Below the pieces are notes generated by a model. It ran no database searches. It was not told the origin of the DNA and saw only the letters and a list, made by a program, of their open reading frames with translations. From the NCBI GenBank assembly GCA_034780895.1, contig JAUZTB010000107.1, forward strand, positions 33,891,934-33,955,933: a stretch of DNA of 64,000 nucleotides, written 5' to 3'. A program made the translations under genes and the position numbers. Positions 1-12,085 of the stretch are shown in pieces (the stretch's first letter is position 1; each line of letters begins with the position of its first letter). The stretch comes from Rhynchobatus australiae. Taxonomy: Eukaryota.

Positions 1-290
1 CAATCAATATTAGGGAAGTTGAAATCACCCATGACAACAACCCTGTTATTTTTGCACTTCTCCAAAATCTGCCTCCCAATCTGCTCCTCAGAGTGTCTGC
101 TGCTACTGGGGGGGCTCTGTAGAATGCTCCCAATAGAGTGATCGCTCCCTTCCTGTTTCTGACTTCCACCCACTCTGACTCAGGACATCCTCCCTTTATA
201 CAGCTGTGACACTGTCCCTGATCAGTAAAGCCACTCCCTCACCCCTTTTATCTCTCTCCCTGTCCCTTTTGAAACATCTAAACCCCAGAA
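1..290 (-). mobile_element. CR1-type LINE fragment, APE endonuclease region of ORF2
   Basis: Minus-strand translation (one frameshift) gives GAITLLGAFYR-PPSSSRHSEEQIGRQILEKCKNNRVVVMGDFNFPNID. This contains the YRPP and GDFN motifs of the CR1 endonuclease. Truncated by the window start. Confidence 0.9.
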
Positions 291-599
291 TATCATAATT
301 CAGCTTTCAATGACATTTGAACTGACTCCTCTTGTTCTCAATATGCAAGTTTCATTAATATCTGACTGAACTGACAGAAGGCATACTTTCCAGTAATTTA
401 GCAATAAGAAAAAGTAGGCAAGCCTCCTACAAGAGAATTATACTTCCGAAGAAACAAAAAAAACAGCATTTCTGGTGATGGTGGAAAAGAAAAAAAATCA
501 GTAATTGTGGTCTTCCAATCAACCAGCTCAATTAATGGAATTCATCAACTGTTTAGTAACTGGTTACTATTCCTCACATTACCTTAATGTTCAAAGCCC

Positions 600-905
600 T
601 TCAGAATGAGCTGCATAGTGGCAGTTTTATCAGTGCTGTATCGGGGGATAGTTACAAGATAAGGGAACAGTCATTCAGGACAGGCATAAGTAGAAACTTC
701 TTCATGCAGAGGATTGTAAATATTTGGAATCTCAACTGCAGAGGGTTGTGAATTAAATTCAAAGCTGAGACTTTTGAACTCTACAGGAACTAGAGAGTAT
801 GGGCATCAACCAGGAAAATACACTTGATGCCCAGGAACTGATCTAAAGTTGAATGTTACAACAGGCTTGAAGAGTTATATGGTCTACTTCTGCCTCTATT
901 ATTTT
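600..905 (+). mobile_element. Degenerate CR1 LINE 3' end
   Basis: agaaacttcttcatgcagaggattgtaaatatttggaatct matches the CR1 ORF2 C-terminal RNFF.QRVVN.WN motif. It is followed by a CR1-like 3' tail (atggtctacttctgcctctatt). Confidence 0.65.
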
Positions 906-1264
906 TATATTCTTTGTTTAATGGATATTAATGTGCTTTGATTTTGTGTGCAAATTGTGACTGCTCACTTTTAACACTACTTGCATCAAACTGGTCAGCA
1001 GGTCAGCATTACTTGTGTTTTTTGAAGTATGCAGAGTATGCAAAATACTTCTTATGTAATACTGATTTAACACCAGTATTAAGTTAAAATGCTAGAATCT
1101 AGTTAATGCCATGTTTTTAATCACACAAAAATAATCTGACACCCAGTACAGGAAGAGCTCCTTGCACTGTTCAAAGGGATCCTCAGTGATTTGCTGATTT
1201 GTGATCAATGATTGGAAGGAGCGTTGTTTGCGACCATTTGGTGGAGTTTCACTGTTGAATAATA

Positions 1265-2900
1265 CTGGATTTTCAGAAGTCATGAGGGAGTGCTATGGTT
1301 CAAGGTAGAGTTTTTTTTGTGCCCACACCAGTGCCCCGCAAACATGGAGGCTAGTTGCCAGTAAGCTTTTGGCATGATAGGGGAAGAGGAGAAGGTGATG
1401 GCCTGGAGAGCACAGCAGCATGCCAGAAGGGAGGAGTTGAAGAAGACGACAGCCTGTAACCAGGAGGCCCTAACCACAACAGGTTTTCCAGGAGCACTTC
1501 TCCTGCATTACCTCAACAGAGACGCCATGCTTAAGGAGACCCTACTTCTCCAAGGAGGTCCTCAAAGAAATCTGCGATGCACTGCAACCACACCTCTAAC
1601 TGCACAATATGGCCAGAACTGTCTTACTAGTTGCAATAAAAGCAACAATGGTGATAATTTTCTATGGCTCTTGATGTTTCTGAGTTGGGAACCAATGCAG
1701 TGCATGACTACATGGGGAGAGTTACAGAAGCTCTCTGCTCCAGGAAAGCTAAGTTCAACTCTTTTCTTTGGGTACAATTCACCAGGCCAAATTGGCACAG
1801 GAATTTTCCATCACAGCCAGGCACCCTCCCTACAGTGCAGAATCAACTTCAAAAGGTTGTTGCAAAGATGTGTATGAGAATGACAAAATTCCAGAAAAGT
1901 AACATTTACTTTTATTAGTGGCAGTAATTTGCAAAAGGCTGTTCAGCATATTTGTTTCTGGGAGAAACAACATCTTAAGCCACAGTAACAATTCTTACAT
2001 ATTTTTAAAACATTTAGTCAAGTCATTAAATCATATCCACAGAGGGTTTCACCTTAGTAACTGCAGTTGTGTTTTCAATATATACATCGCTTAATGCAAT
2101 GCAGTTCACTGCACCAATCAACCGACATAATTGGTTTGGTCTGTGGTGTCTGCTGCAGAGACAGGTGGGACTAGGTTCTGTGGTTGAATGGGCAGATGAC
2201 AAGCCCCTAACAGGGTTCAAGAAGGAGGCCATTGACCACTGAGAGGGAAACCTGATAAACTGGGAGTAGGAGCAGATTGAATAATCTAAAATGCAGAATT
2301 CCAAAAAATGTCACAATTTAGGTAGGAGCTGAACAATGGCAGAATTCACATTGGCACAATAAATCACTGCTCTATCTCAGCAAAGAGTTGTTCAGAAACT
2401 AAAAGAGATATCACCGCCTCAGTGTGTAGCTGATCCTTAAAAATAGCTGGAAGTTAATACTAGTAAACAACTAAAACCTGGAAATCAGCCATGACGACTT
2501 TATCAGGTGAAAATCCACTATGCCATTATTTTTTGGCCACCATATCAATCCAAACTCTGTCTACTTAGGGGTAAAGGACATCTACACAACACTTGACTCA
2601 AAACAATCACTTTAAGTCCAAACTGAAGAAGGAAACTCAGATATAATGAGAACTATTCTGCCACCAGCATGGTGATGAACACACAATTGCTTCCTTAAGC
2701 AATGCTTCCATTGCCAAATCCACTTGGGAAATGTTATGCAATAGAATGCAGAAAGGTGTCCCACCAGACATGATAGCTTGCTGCATTCTCAACAACCTAC
2801 CAGTTACGTTGATTTAGCCCTTGCCAACTGTTTGTGAGCAAGAGGTGATGGGGTTTGTGAGCAAGAGGTCCGGGCAGACAGATGGCACCGTGATTTAAAT
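1265..2900 (+). mobile_element. Fossil PIF/Harbinger DNA transposon (HARBI1-like DDE transposase, decayed)
   Basis: Co-linear peptide remnants: HFSCITSTETPCLRRPYFSKEVLKEIC (~1495-1575), VHDYMGRVTEALCSRKAKF (~1700-1760), LG.KG (~2566), RYNE (~2640), LKQCFHC (~2695) and IACCILNNL (~2773-2800). Boundaries are approximate. Confidence 0.8.
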
Positions 2901-5900
2901 GAAGAGAAGCCAGAATGGAATTGCTATTCTTCAATAAAACAACAGTCCACCCCTACAAGTTTGAAGACCTAGAAGCATTCAGACCAGCATTTGTTACCCA
3001 CCCTGAAAAATGAAAAAGATAAAATGTCCATGTTTTAAGGGTGTAACTCAAATGTGATTTCCTCTCAGTACTGCTTGACTATGGAGTTGGAGATTTCCTG
3101 AATGTCTAGGGGTCAAGAAGGTTTCCCTCTCTCCTTGTAGATGAAGGCAAAAAGATTTTTATCATACAATCAGATGGTAATCTTTTCTGTGATCATTACT
3201 GAATCCAGCAAGCTGCCAAAACATGCAGAAAGACTTCTACCACTGAGCTCTGTCCAAAAAGCAAGTTCCCTTTAGAAGACAGGTGTTAGCCTCTCCTGAA
3301 ATTGGGCTCTGCATTTGTTCTTTAAGGCAAGCAACAGCATGAAAAATGGTGACTGGATGTGAAAATCATGTTAAATGAGATTTGAAAATAACTGTATGAG
3401 CATCATGCTTAAGCAGGCACTGGGTCAATCAAGTATCATAATCCACATTTTTCAGTGCTATCAAATTTATTCCCCCCCCCCAAAGATTATGCTCCCCTCT
3501 CAGTTAGAATTTCAGCACACTGTGCATGGATTTATTCTTCACTCTCTCTTGAAAGAGAAGGTGGCACACAATCAGTGCCAATAGCAGAAGCTCCAGTGAA
3601 TCAAATACGGGTCCAGCAACTAATGGATCTGGCCATAATGGGATTGACCCCCACAAAGTATGTAGGGAGCAGCAGTGCAGGAACTACTGAAGATAGTGAT
3701 ACGCAATTACAAAAATTATTATTTCACAGCACCCAGGCGGTACCAATGAGTTATATATCTTCTACATTTAGTTCACAATTTAATCTCATCCTCTTTAATG
3801 GATGTCAGTNNNNNNNNNNNNNNNNNNNNNNNNNNNNNNNNNNNNNNNNNNNNNNNNNNNNNNNNNNNNNNNNNNNNNNNNNNNNNNNNNNNNNNNNNNN
3901 NNNNNNNNNGACCCCTAAGTCCACTCTTCGATGTGTGAGACTACATAAAGTCAGCAAGCTATTCATCCATGAAGCATAAAGTCTACCATATATCCACATA
4001 CATACATGCAACCATACATACACTTTCCCTTAGGAATCGTCATCTATTGTTTAGGTGTGGGAACCATGGTTGATTTCTTTCTGTTCCACTAACCTAGATA
4101 ACATTGTGGTGTTCTCTCATAACCTTACAGCCTCCAACTGAGATAAGCTGATAGGGAACTGAAAACTGTGAGTATTGTGGTTTAAAGGATTACTTGTGTC
4201 ATTTAAGACACCATGCTGGAATTTCATTTGGGAGGAAATTACTTCATAAAGCATATTGCAAATTCAGAGCCTACTTCCTTCTGGGTTGAAAACCTCATGG
4301 TTAGCATTTTTTTTATAAGCACGTCATTATGTTACTCAGTCACGGTAAAATATAAACAAACTTATCTTTGATTTTGAAATATGCTTTATTATAAATTTGC
4401 TGTGGACTAGAACACAGCTGTCACGTCAAATGTACCAACTAAAAACAAATACAGTGCAATATCAATGGTGCTACTGTTTATCTTTGCCCCTCCCTGATGC
4501 TATATTTTGTTCGGTAACGCACTATGTCAAATGGGGGAAGGGAGCTGCAAGGTACAAAACAGTAAACCCTGAGACTTGTATACAGCAAAATTACTTTGTC
4601 AAGTCATATAATGAAAGAAAATACTGTCCTGATCTCCAATTACAAGTAAGTAGCATTAAAGCCAATGTGTAATTCTACATTGTACTCAATAGAAATTAAA
4701 ATCATTTTTCATCACTAACATTCATTAATGATTATAGTCACATTCTTGTCAGTCTCTTGCAGTTTTATCCACAAAAATATTAGCCATATAATTAGAAAAT
4801 AAATTCAGAGAAACTTCAGATTAATTTTTCCTCTTTTGTCCATTTCTCTCCTAGAGGCATTGGTTCTTGTTGGATTATTACAGGCAATGCCAGCCCTTGA
4901 TTTACAGTAAGTAAAAGACAAAAACTGGAGTTGAGAGTTTATAAGTGCAGTTTTAACTGACTCGGCAGCAAATATTTCCAGGGAGGAAAGTTGTACCAAG
5001 TGGAGTTCAAAGGAAAAAGGGGCACACATGTGGTAAAGCTCAAAACTGAGTGGTTGCGGACAGCTTTGTGGGAATATGGGATGGTAAATTTGAATGGGTG
5101 GGCATAATTGTTCGATAGTTGTGTATTTACATCATGGGAGAGATGAAGGGAGAGCAGATGGGAAATCAATTCAGAAGGGAGTGGGCAAGGGAGCTGAGAT
5201 GGAGAATGAAACCACTGAAGGTGAGAGCCCATTCGATGCAGGGAAAGAAGCATAGAGGGTGAACCGCAGTGTGGGTTGGGGAAAGGATAGTGACAATTTT
5301 AAAGGAGATGAAACATATTGAGATGACTGATAAAGCAACAGATCCAAGGGCAACATGGACAAACCATCACTATTACAATTTGGATAGGGCACATAATGGA
5401 AAGTATAGTAAAGCACTACAAAGTAAAATAGTTCTGGCAAGTTTCAGTTAAAACCAGGATAGACTGTGGATAACATGGGCATTGTTTAAGAGTAAATCAG
5501 ATTTCATTTTTCTGACATGGTGTTCCTGGATTTTTATTGATGTTCAAGTTTTGTGGTTCTGTCCGTTCTTTTGTTTGCCATTGTACTCTAATCATTATTC
5601 TTTCACACAGTTATAATAGCAAGAATACAAAGCAAGAACACATGCAGCTGTAATCAAACAGTGCTGGGTATGAAATGCTAAATACACCAGAATACTCCTA
5701 TGCCTTGATAGCATGAGGACTTTTGTAGTTCTTGGGACTGGTAGAAACAGCCAGGGTCCCAAGAATGTAGCAACACTCTGGTAGAACTGTAGAAGTCAGG
5801 CCATACAGGAGGATATTATGAAGTGCCATTACTATAGAGGAGAATGTGGGTTCCTGGAATGATTATAATCTCCATCTCAACTCCTTTGCTCTCTACACTC

Positions 5901-8129
5901 TAAATTAATTTCCCATCAGCTCTCTTTTAACCTCCCCCTCCATATAACTGGACTGTTAGAATTTCAGAATCCTGGTGTCTATAACTAGTGTGGCAGCAGA
6001 CAAGAACCTAACAATCAAACCCCTGGCTTAGCTAGTGGTATCCCAAGCCTAGCAGCAAATTCATCAATAAAAAACAAATGCATTTTGTCCTCAACTAAAA
6101 GTGTAGCATTTTATCATTAGATCAGCTAAAGTTACTGACATATCCTGGGAAATCATGCATTGTACTTAGTCCCAACTACGGAATTTGTCTCCAACTAACA
6201 GTCCCCATTCCAGGATGTGTCCGCAATGTGAAAATAGGGGTGGTGTGGTGACTTGCAAGCATTTTAAGAAAGCTGAGGAAACTTTCTGAAATGCATTAAA
6301 ACAGAATACAAAGGTAAACAAGGATATGTTATTCTGACCTTTACAATTTACTTATTTTACTTAATTGCAGTTGAGAAAGAAATAATGGACAATTTAAATA
6401 TGTTTAAGTCATTCAGTTGGTTCATTTAACACCCTCCTACTGGATATGTGCTAAGTTACAAAATAGTTCAGAAATGTTGACACATAATTTCAATGTTAGA
6501 TGTTGACATATAAAAGCATTGCACAAAACCATCATATAGGAAGGAAGCCTTGTGGACAGAAAGTGTGGCATTATATGCAAATTATTAATGTTGAAATAGT
6601 TAACGGAGCGAGTATAACTCAGAAATAACTATAGATAATATTAGTGGACAGATGTTTAAAATATTAGAATGACATACATCTCTCCACCATTTAGAGGAAG
6701 TGTTCATTTATTTACGTTAGATGGGTTAAGGCCTCTATTAAAATAGCAGAGACAGAAATGTCATACAGATGCATCAAATATGTTTACAGTAATATTGCCA
6801 AGAGTAGCACTAGCGGACAGAGGAACACCATGAAAATATGTTAAGCCAAACCACTAACTGTAATTTATAGGCTTACATGACTGCAATGCCTTGATCCCTT
6901 CACAAAAAAATCCAAATGCCTTTCAAGTCAAACCAATCATCTCAAAATACAATTTGATGCTGTAATTACACAAAATACACTACAGGAAAATGTGTGATCT
7001 TTCACAGTCAGCTTCACCCATTTGAAAATTAACACTAGTTGATATTGAAACCTAAAATTATTGGTGGAAATATTTTGAAATAAACAAAAATGGTTTTTGA
7101 CCAATTAATTCCATAACAAAAATCATTTAATTTTACATAATAGTGAAAATATCAGTAATCTAACGATAAGTGGAAAATAACACCAACAGGAAATAAACTG
7201 CTATGCACATTAAAGCTAAAATGATTGCATCAAAGATGATTTTTAAAGGATTCCATAAAAACCCAACTTGATAACTGCATCATGTGTTTCAGCTACTGTA
7301 GGACTGTGACAGTACAAGTGATTTAAAATTGCTATGTCCTTGACTGAGCTGAAAAATGTGAAAGAAAACTGAGTTTGTCAGATTTGACTTAATCAAACCT
7401 ATGCAATTCTGACTGCTCATAAAAGATTCTACATACCATCAATAGCTTAGTATATTCAATTAAACAATAATCTTATATGGTGTGACTTTTCTACATTTAA
7501 CATACATCTGAGACAGCTGAATACTGCTGTTACTTTTATCTTTTTGCTTGGGGAATTACTCCTTTGAACATTCCACAGGTACCATTATTTATCCCTTAAA
7601 TAACCTGCAAGAAACAGTATGGCACCTTACATTTATCTATTTGTCAGGTTGTCCAGTTGTGACAGTCTTTGTCCGAATATGTTCTTGCAAGGTCATTGCA
7701 ATGAACCACGGTAGATCAAATTCAAAAGTAATATTGGTGAGTAGCAAGAAAGGGATCAGAAATACAGTCTTCAATATGAAATACAGCTTGTTTTAAGATA
7801 ACTTCACAGGAATTTTCAACAATACATTGACATCTTTCACTGACATAAAAGTTTGCATCATTAAGTTTCAAATTGACTCATATTTTGAAGTTTTATGACC
7901 TCAACTTCAACAACTAAAATGCTTTATTAGCTCCTGCAATATGATGCTGTTTTGGAAAAACTATTTTTTTTACTGGTTTTGTAAAACTATATTCAGTATG
8001 TAAGGTAGCCTAACCTCATTCAATGCAATCTTCTTTAAAGCAATGAAATCTGCAAGGAAACTTTAATATTTGCCATTGTGTGAACTGTGTATGTAGGGAA
8101 ATTTACTAGGTGACCCCTTATTTACAAAT

Positions 8130-8520
8130 AGTTGCTCTTAGTTCTCCCACTATGACAAAAATCTTTTCCACATCCACCTTGCCAAGATCATGCCCCCACC
8201 CCAAATTTTATGCTTCAGTCAAGCTGTCTCTCACTCTTCTAAACTCCAGCAGGTTTCATCTTGAGACAACTCACCCATTCCAGGTATTAGTCCAGAAAAT
8301 CTTCCCTGAATTTTTCCAATGTATTAAAATCCTTCCTGTACCAATGCTGTACATGGCCTAGTTTTGTATTCAATTCCCCTTGCAATAAATAATAATTGTT
8401 AGCTTTCTTAATTATCTACATGCTGGCCTTTGTGAATCACCCAGACCCCTCTGCATCTCAAAGCTCTACAATCATGGATGATTCAGGTATTAAGCTTTGT
8501 TCTTATTTTACCTGCTAAAA
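8130..8520 (-). mobile_element. Degenerate CR1 LINE fragment (ORF2 C-terminal part)
   Basis: ctcactcttctaaactccag, cccattccaggtattagtc and cccagacccctctgcatctca are reverse complements of typical CR1 ORF2 segments. Confidence 0.6.
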
Positions 8521-9489
8521 CAGACAATCACAGTTACACAATGTACATATAAAGTAAAAAGTCATTCTTGCCATATTTAATGCAAGGAAAATGGCCAGCA
8601 CAGTTTATCAAAATGTCTTATTAGGGTTATAGATTTTTGATATCAGATCAAGGTACCATAATAAGGGTTAATTTCAGACCTATTTTCAGAGCTGATCAAA
8701 CTAACTTCTGTTTCAAAGCTTTGATGAACAAATCCAGGTTCCCCAAAAGAGTACTCTTTCAGTGAAAAAAAAAGTTGCTGCAACTGTTTGTTCAGACTGC
8801 TTCAAATGAATACAAAATCCACAAATCTGCAGCCTATTAAAATCTTTTTCTCAGCTGTACTGAGAAAGTTCAATACTGTAATAGTAATGAATATCTTACT
8901 CCAATGAAAAATAGTTGGTGTTTTTCACAGATACTACCCAAGCAGACCAGTGAAATTACTCAATAAAAACAGATGTTTATAAAGTTTCACAATCAAACTT
9001 ACTTCAGAAATAACTACCAGATTATGATTTCAGAGTTCCTTTTTAAATTTTAACAGTTACAGGATCATCAGAAATTTCCAGTTCCAATGCTGCAAAATGT
9101 ATTCAAATAGCAGTATTTATCAAGTTCTAGTACTAGTGACAGACCAATATATCTGTCTTTTTTAACAATAAAGCCTTCTTTTAAAAAAAGTTTCATTTGA
9201 GAATTATTTTCCTGAAAGATCTTTTATATGAAAAATCACTCTTACAAAATAGTTCAAAAACAATGCTTTTATTTATAAAAACTCTATTTAAATTATTGTT
9301 TATATATAACTCAACTGTAATATAGTATCTTCCAAACTGCAAGCAAAGAACTCCTGATTTGGTTTTCATTTTTGTTCTCTAAATATTGGTAACTTTACCA
9401 AAACAGCACTTACTGCCCATCCTATGGTTGTCCACAGAGATTAATAGTCAACCAACTAGGGAACTGGATTTCCATGTTTATTTATTTCT

Positions 9490-10470
9490 TTTTCAGGATC
9501 AGTGTGTCACTGGCAATACCACCACCTCTATCAGCACTAGAGAAGGTGGTGGAAGCCATCTTCTGGACCCACTGCAGTCCTTCTGGTAAATGTACTCTCA
9601 CAATTCTGTTTGGGAGGGAGTTCCAAAACCTGGATCCTGTGATATGATATAATTTACAAAACAGTAGTAAATGGAACTGAAAATGGTATAATTATCAGGG
9701 AACATTCCCAGTTCTGACACTATGATGGAAATGGGTCAATGGTGAAGCAGCTGACGAACTCTTGCAGCCATGTCCTGGCACTGGGATTATCAGCCTCCAA
9801 CAACCAAAACCATCATTCTTTATGTGATGTATGACTCCAGTCACTGGAGGTTCTCCCCTTGATGTACATTTACTTCAGTTTTTTCCAGGGTTCCTTGATG
9901 CAACACTTTCTTGATGTCAAGGGTAGTCACTCTCACCTCACCTCTGGAACTCAGTTCTTTGGACCAAGACTGTGATGAGATCTGGAGCTCAGTGTTCTTG
10001 GCAAAACCCAAATGGTAAGCAGAATATTAGTGAGTATGTGATGCTTGACTGTACTGTCAATGACACTTTGCTGATGATTGAGAGTAGCTGGATTGGACTT
10101 GTCCAGTTGTTTGTGAACAGGAGATACTTGGGCAATTTTCCATGTTGTCACGCAGCTGCCAGTGTTGTAACTGTAATGGAATAGCTTGGCTAAACGCACA
10201 GCTAGCAATGGAGCACAGTTCCTTCAGAAAAGCATATCCGATGCTCTCAGCCATCTCTTGGTATCTTATGGATGGAATCAAATTGGCCAAAGACTGGCTT
10301 TTGTGACGGTGAGGATCTCAAGAAGAAGCCCACATGGAACAACTACTTATCATTTCTAACTGATCATGAATTGTGATGCGCACCCTGCACCCTTCCCACC
10401 CCCATACACACCTGACCATCTTTGAGGATTGGGATGTTCTTCTCCCACTTGTTACTTAATGGTCCACCAC
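9490..10470 (-). mobile_element. LINE remnant (CR1/L2-group reverse transcriptase), internally deleted
   Basis: ORF 9951..10208(-) reads LAKLFHYSYNTG...WKIAQVSPVHKQLDKSNPA, the start of a non-LTR RT domain. The 3' part at ~9490-9640 (gagaaggtggtgg...ctgcagtcc...gggagttcca) resembles a common shark LINE end. Confidence 0.8.
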
Positions 10471-10599
10471 CATTCATGTTAACAGAGCTTCAATTCCATC
10501 CTTCAAGAAATAATTCTGTTGTTTTCTCTATGGCCTTGTCAACTTGTCACACAAGTTTAATTGGAATATTCGTACTCTAAGATCATATTGTTTTTCTCC

Positions 10600-11115
10600 C
10601 CCACTTGGGCTTGCATCTTCATACGTAATAAGAGACCTCTTTATTTTTCCTTCCAAAATGTACGACCTTGCATGGATCTGTACTGAAACTCAGATGCCAA
10701 TTATTTTTCCATGCTATACATTTTTGTCCTCTTGTAATTTGATGCAGCCCTCCTCATTATTTATTATTCTCCCCAATTTGATATCATATGTAAATTAAGA
10801 AATTGGGTTCTCGGTTCCAAAATCTAAACTGTTAATATAAATTATGAACAGTAGCAATCCTAGCAGTGATTCTTGTGGGTCACCATTACCCACCATCAGA
10901 AGCTACCCTTTACTTTCATTCTCTGCTTTCTATTGTGAAGGAAGCTAGCAACCTATTCTGCTCCCTCTCCCTGACTCTGCATTTTCTGATCTAATTCATT
11001 AGTCTATTATGGGGTATCTTATCAAAGACATTGAAAATTTAGATAAATTACATCTACTGTACTATCATTGTCTACTTTGATTAACTCTTCAAAAAAATCA
11101 AGGTTTGTCAAGCAA
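10600..11115 (-). mobile_element. Degenerate CR1 LINE, RT region
   Basis: ORF 11022..11318(-) contains CLTNLDFFEELIKVDNDSTVDVIYLNFQ, similar to the CR1 RT segment CLTNL.EFFEEVT..VD...VDV.Y.DFQ. Confidence 0.8.
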
Positions 11116-12033
11116 AACATCTGGGTTCTGTANNNNNNNNNNNNNNNNNNNNNNNNNNNNNNNNNNNNNNNNNNNNNNNNNNNNNNNNNNNNNNNNNNNN
11201 NNNNNNNNNNNNNNNNNNNNNNNNNNNNNNNNCTGGGTTCTGTATTCTCTCTTGAATATTTTATCCCACAAAACATACAAAGTCCCCTGAAAGAAAAAAA
11301 ATCCTCTCCTCTAAACACTGCAGTAAAACAAAAGAATATTTTTTATTTATTCTTCTTCTGGGGAAACCCTGATCTTTCTTTCCCAGAAGATTCAAGAAGA
11401 ACCAAGAGCAGGAATAAAGAGAAACAAGAGACTGCTGACGCTGGAATCAAGACATTAAGACAGCTGGCTACCTTAATGTCTTGGTGATTAATTACATCTT
11501 GTAATATACAACCTATTCCTGGTCATGAAGATCCAAGATTTAATATATTTCCTCTGCAGAATTTGCAATCTTAGACATAGAACCAAAATATTAATATTGT
11601 TATCATCTCCCAAAGCTGCAGGAGGAAGTGGATGGCAGAGCTATGCACCTTTCAACTGACTTATGATGATCTGCTGGAGAGAGAGCATCTAGTGTGAATC
11701 ATTTAGGACTACGGCCACTGATTTACACTGATGAAGTCTAAGACAGCTTCTAATGCATGAAATTCCAAGATATTGAGCAGCACTTTGGGATCACATTCTG
11801 AAGGTACATCTGTTTATAATTAGGCATGGTGGTTTACGGTGACCAAATAAGTCAAATTCTATTTTTATTGCACGGGATTCCAAAATTGAGAGTCTGGGAT
11901 TTTTGCCAATGTTCTGGGGTTTGACTTTCATAATTCCATCCATTTTTCCGTGAAATTTACAAAGCCATGGCCTTAGTGAAGATTTTCTTGTGATTGTTGC
12001 TGTAGCTGAATAGCCTATTGACAACCACTATTT

Positions 12034-12085
12034 TCTTCTTCTTTGGCAGTCGCTCAGCGTTGAGGATGACTTACTTCCATGCTGG
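12034..12085 (-). mobile_element. Short 3' terminal fragment of an RTE-type LINE
   Basis: The reverse complement tggaagtaagtcatcctcaacgctgagcgactgccaaagaagaagaa resembles the end of the RTE copy at ~43684-43720 (tggaagcaggttatcctcaatcctgagggattccc) and has a (GAA)n tail. Confidence 0.6.

Noticed and set aside
1092-1283. 63-aa minus-strand ORF MTSENPVLF... as a first coding exon
   Set aside because: It has no convincing splice donor and no recognisable homology, and it abuts the Harbinger fossil.
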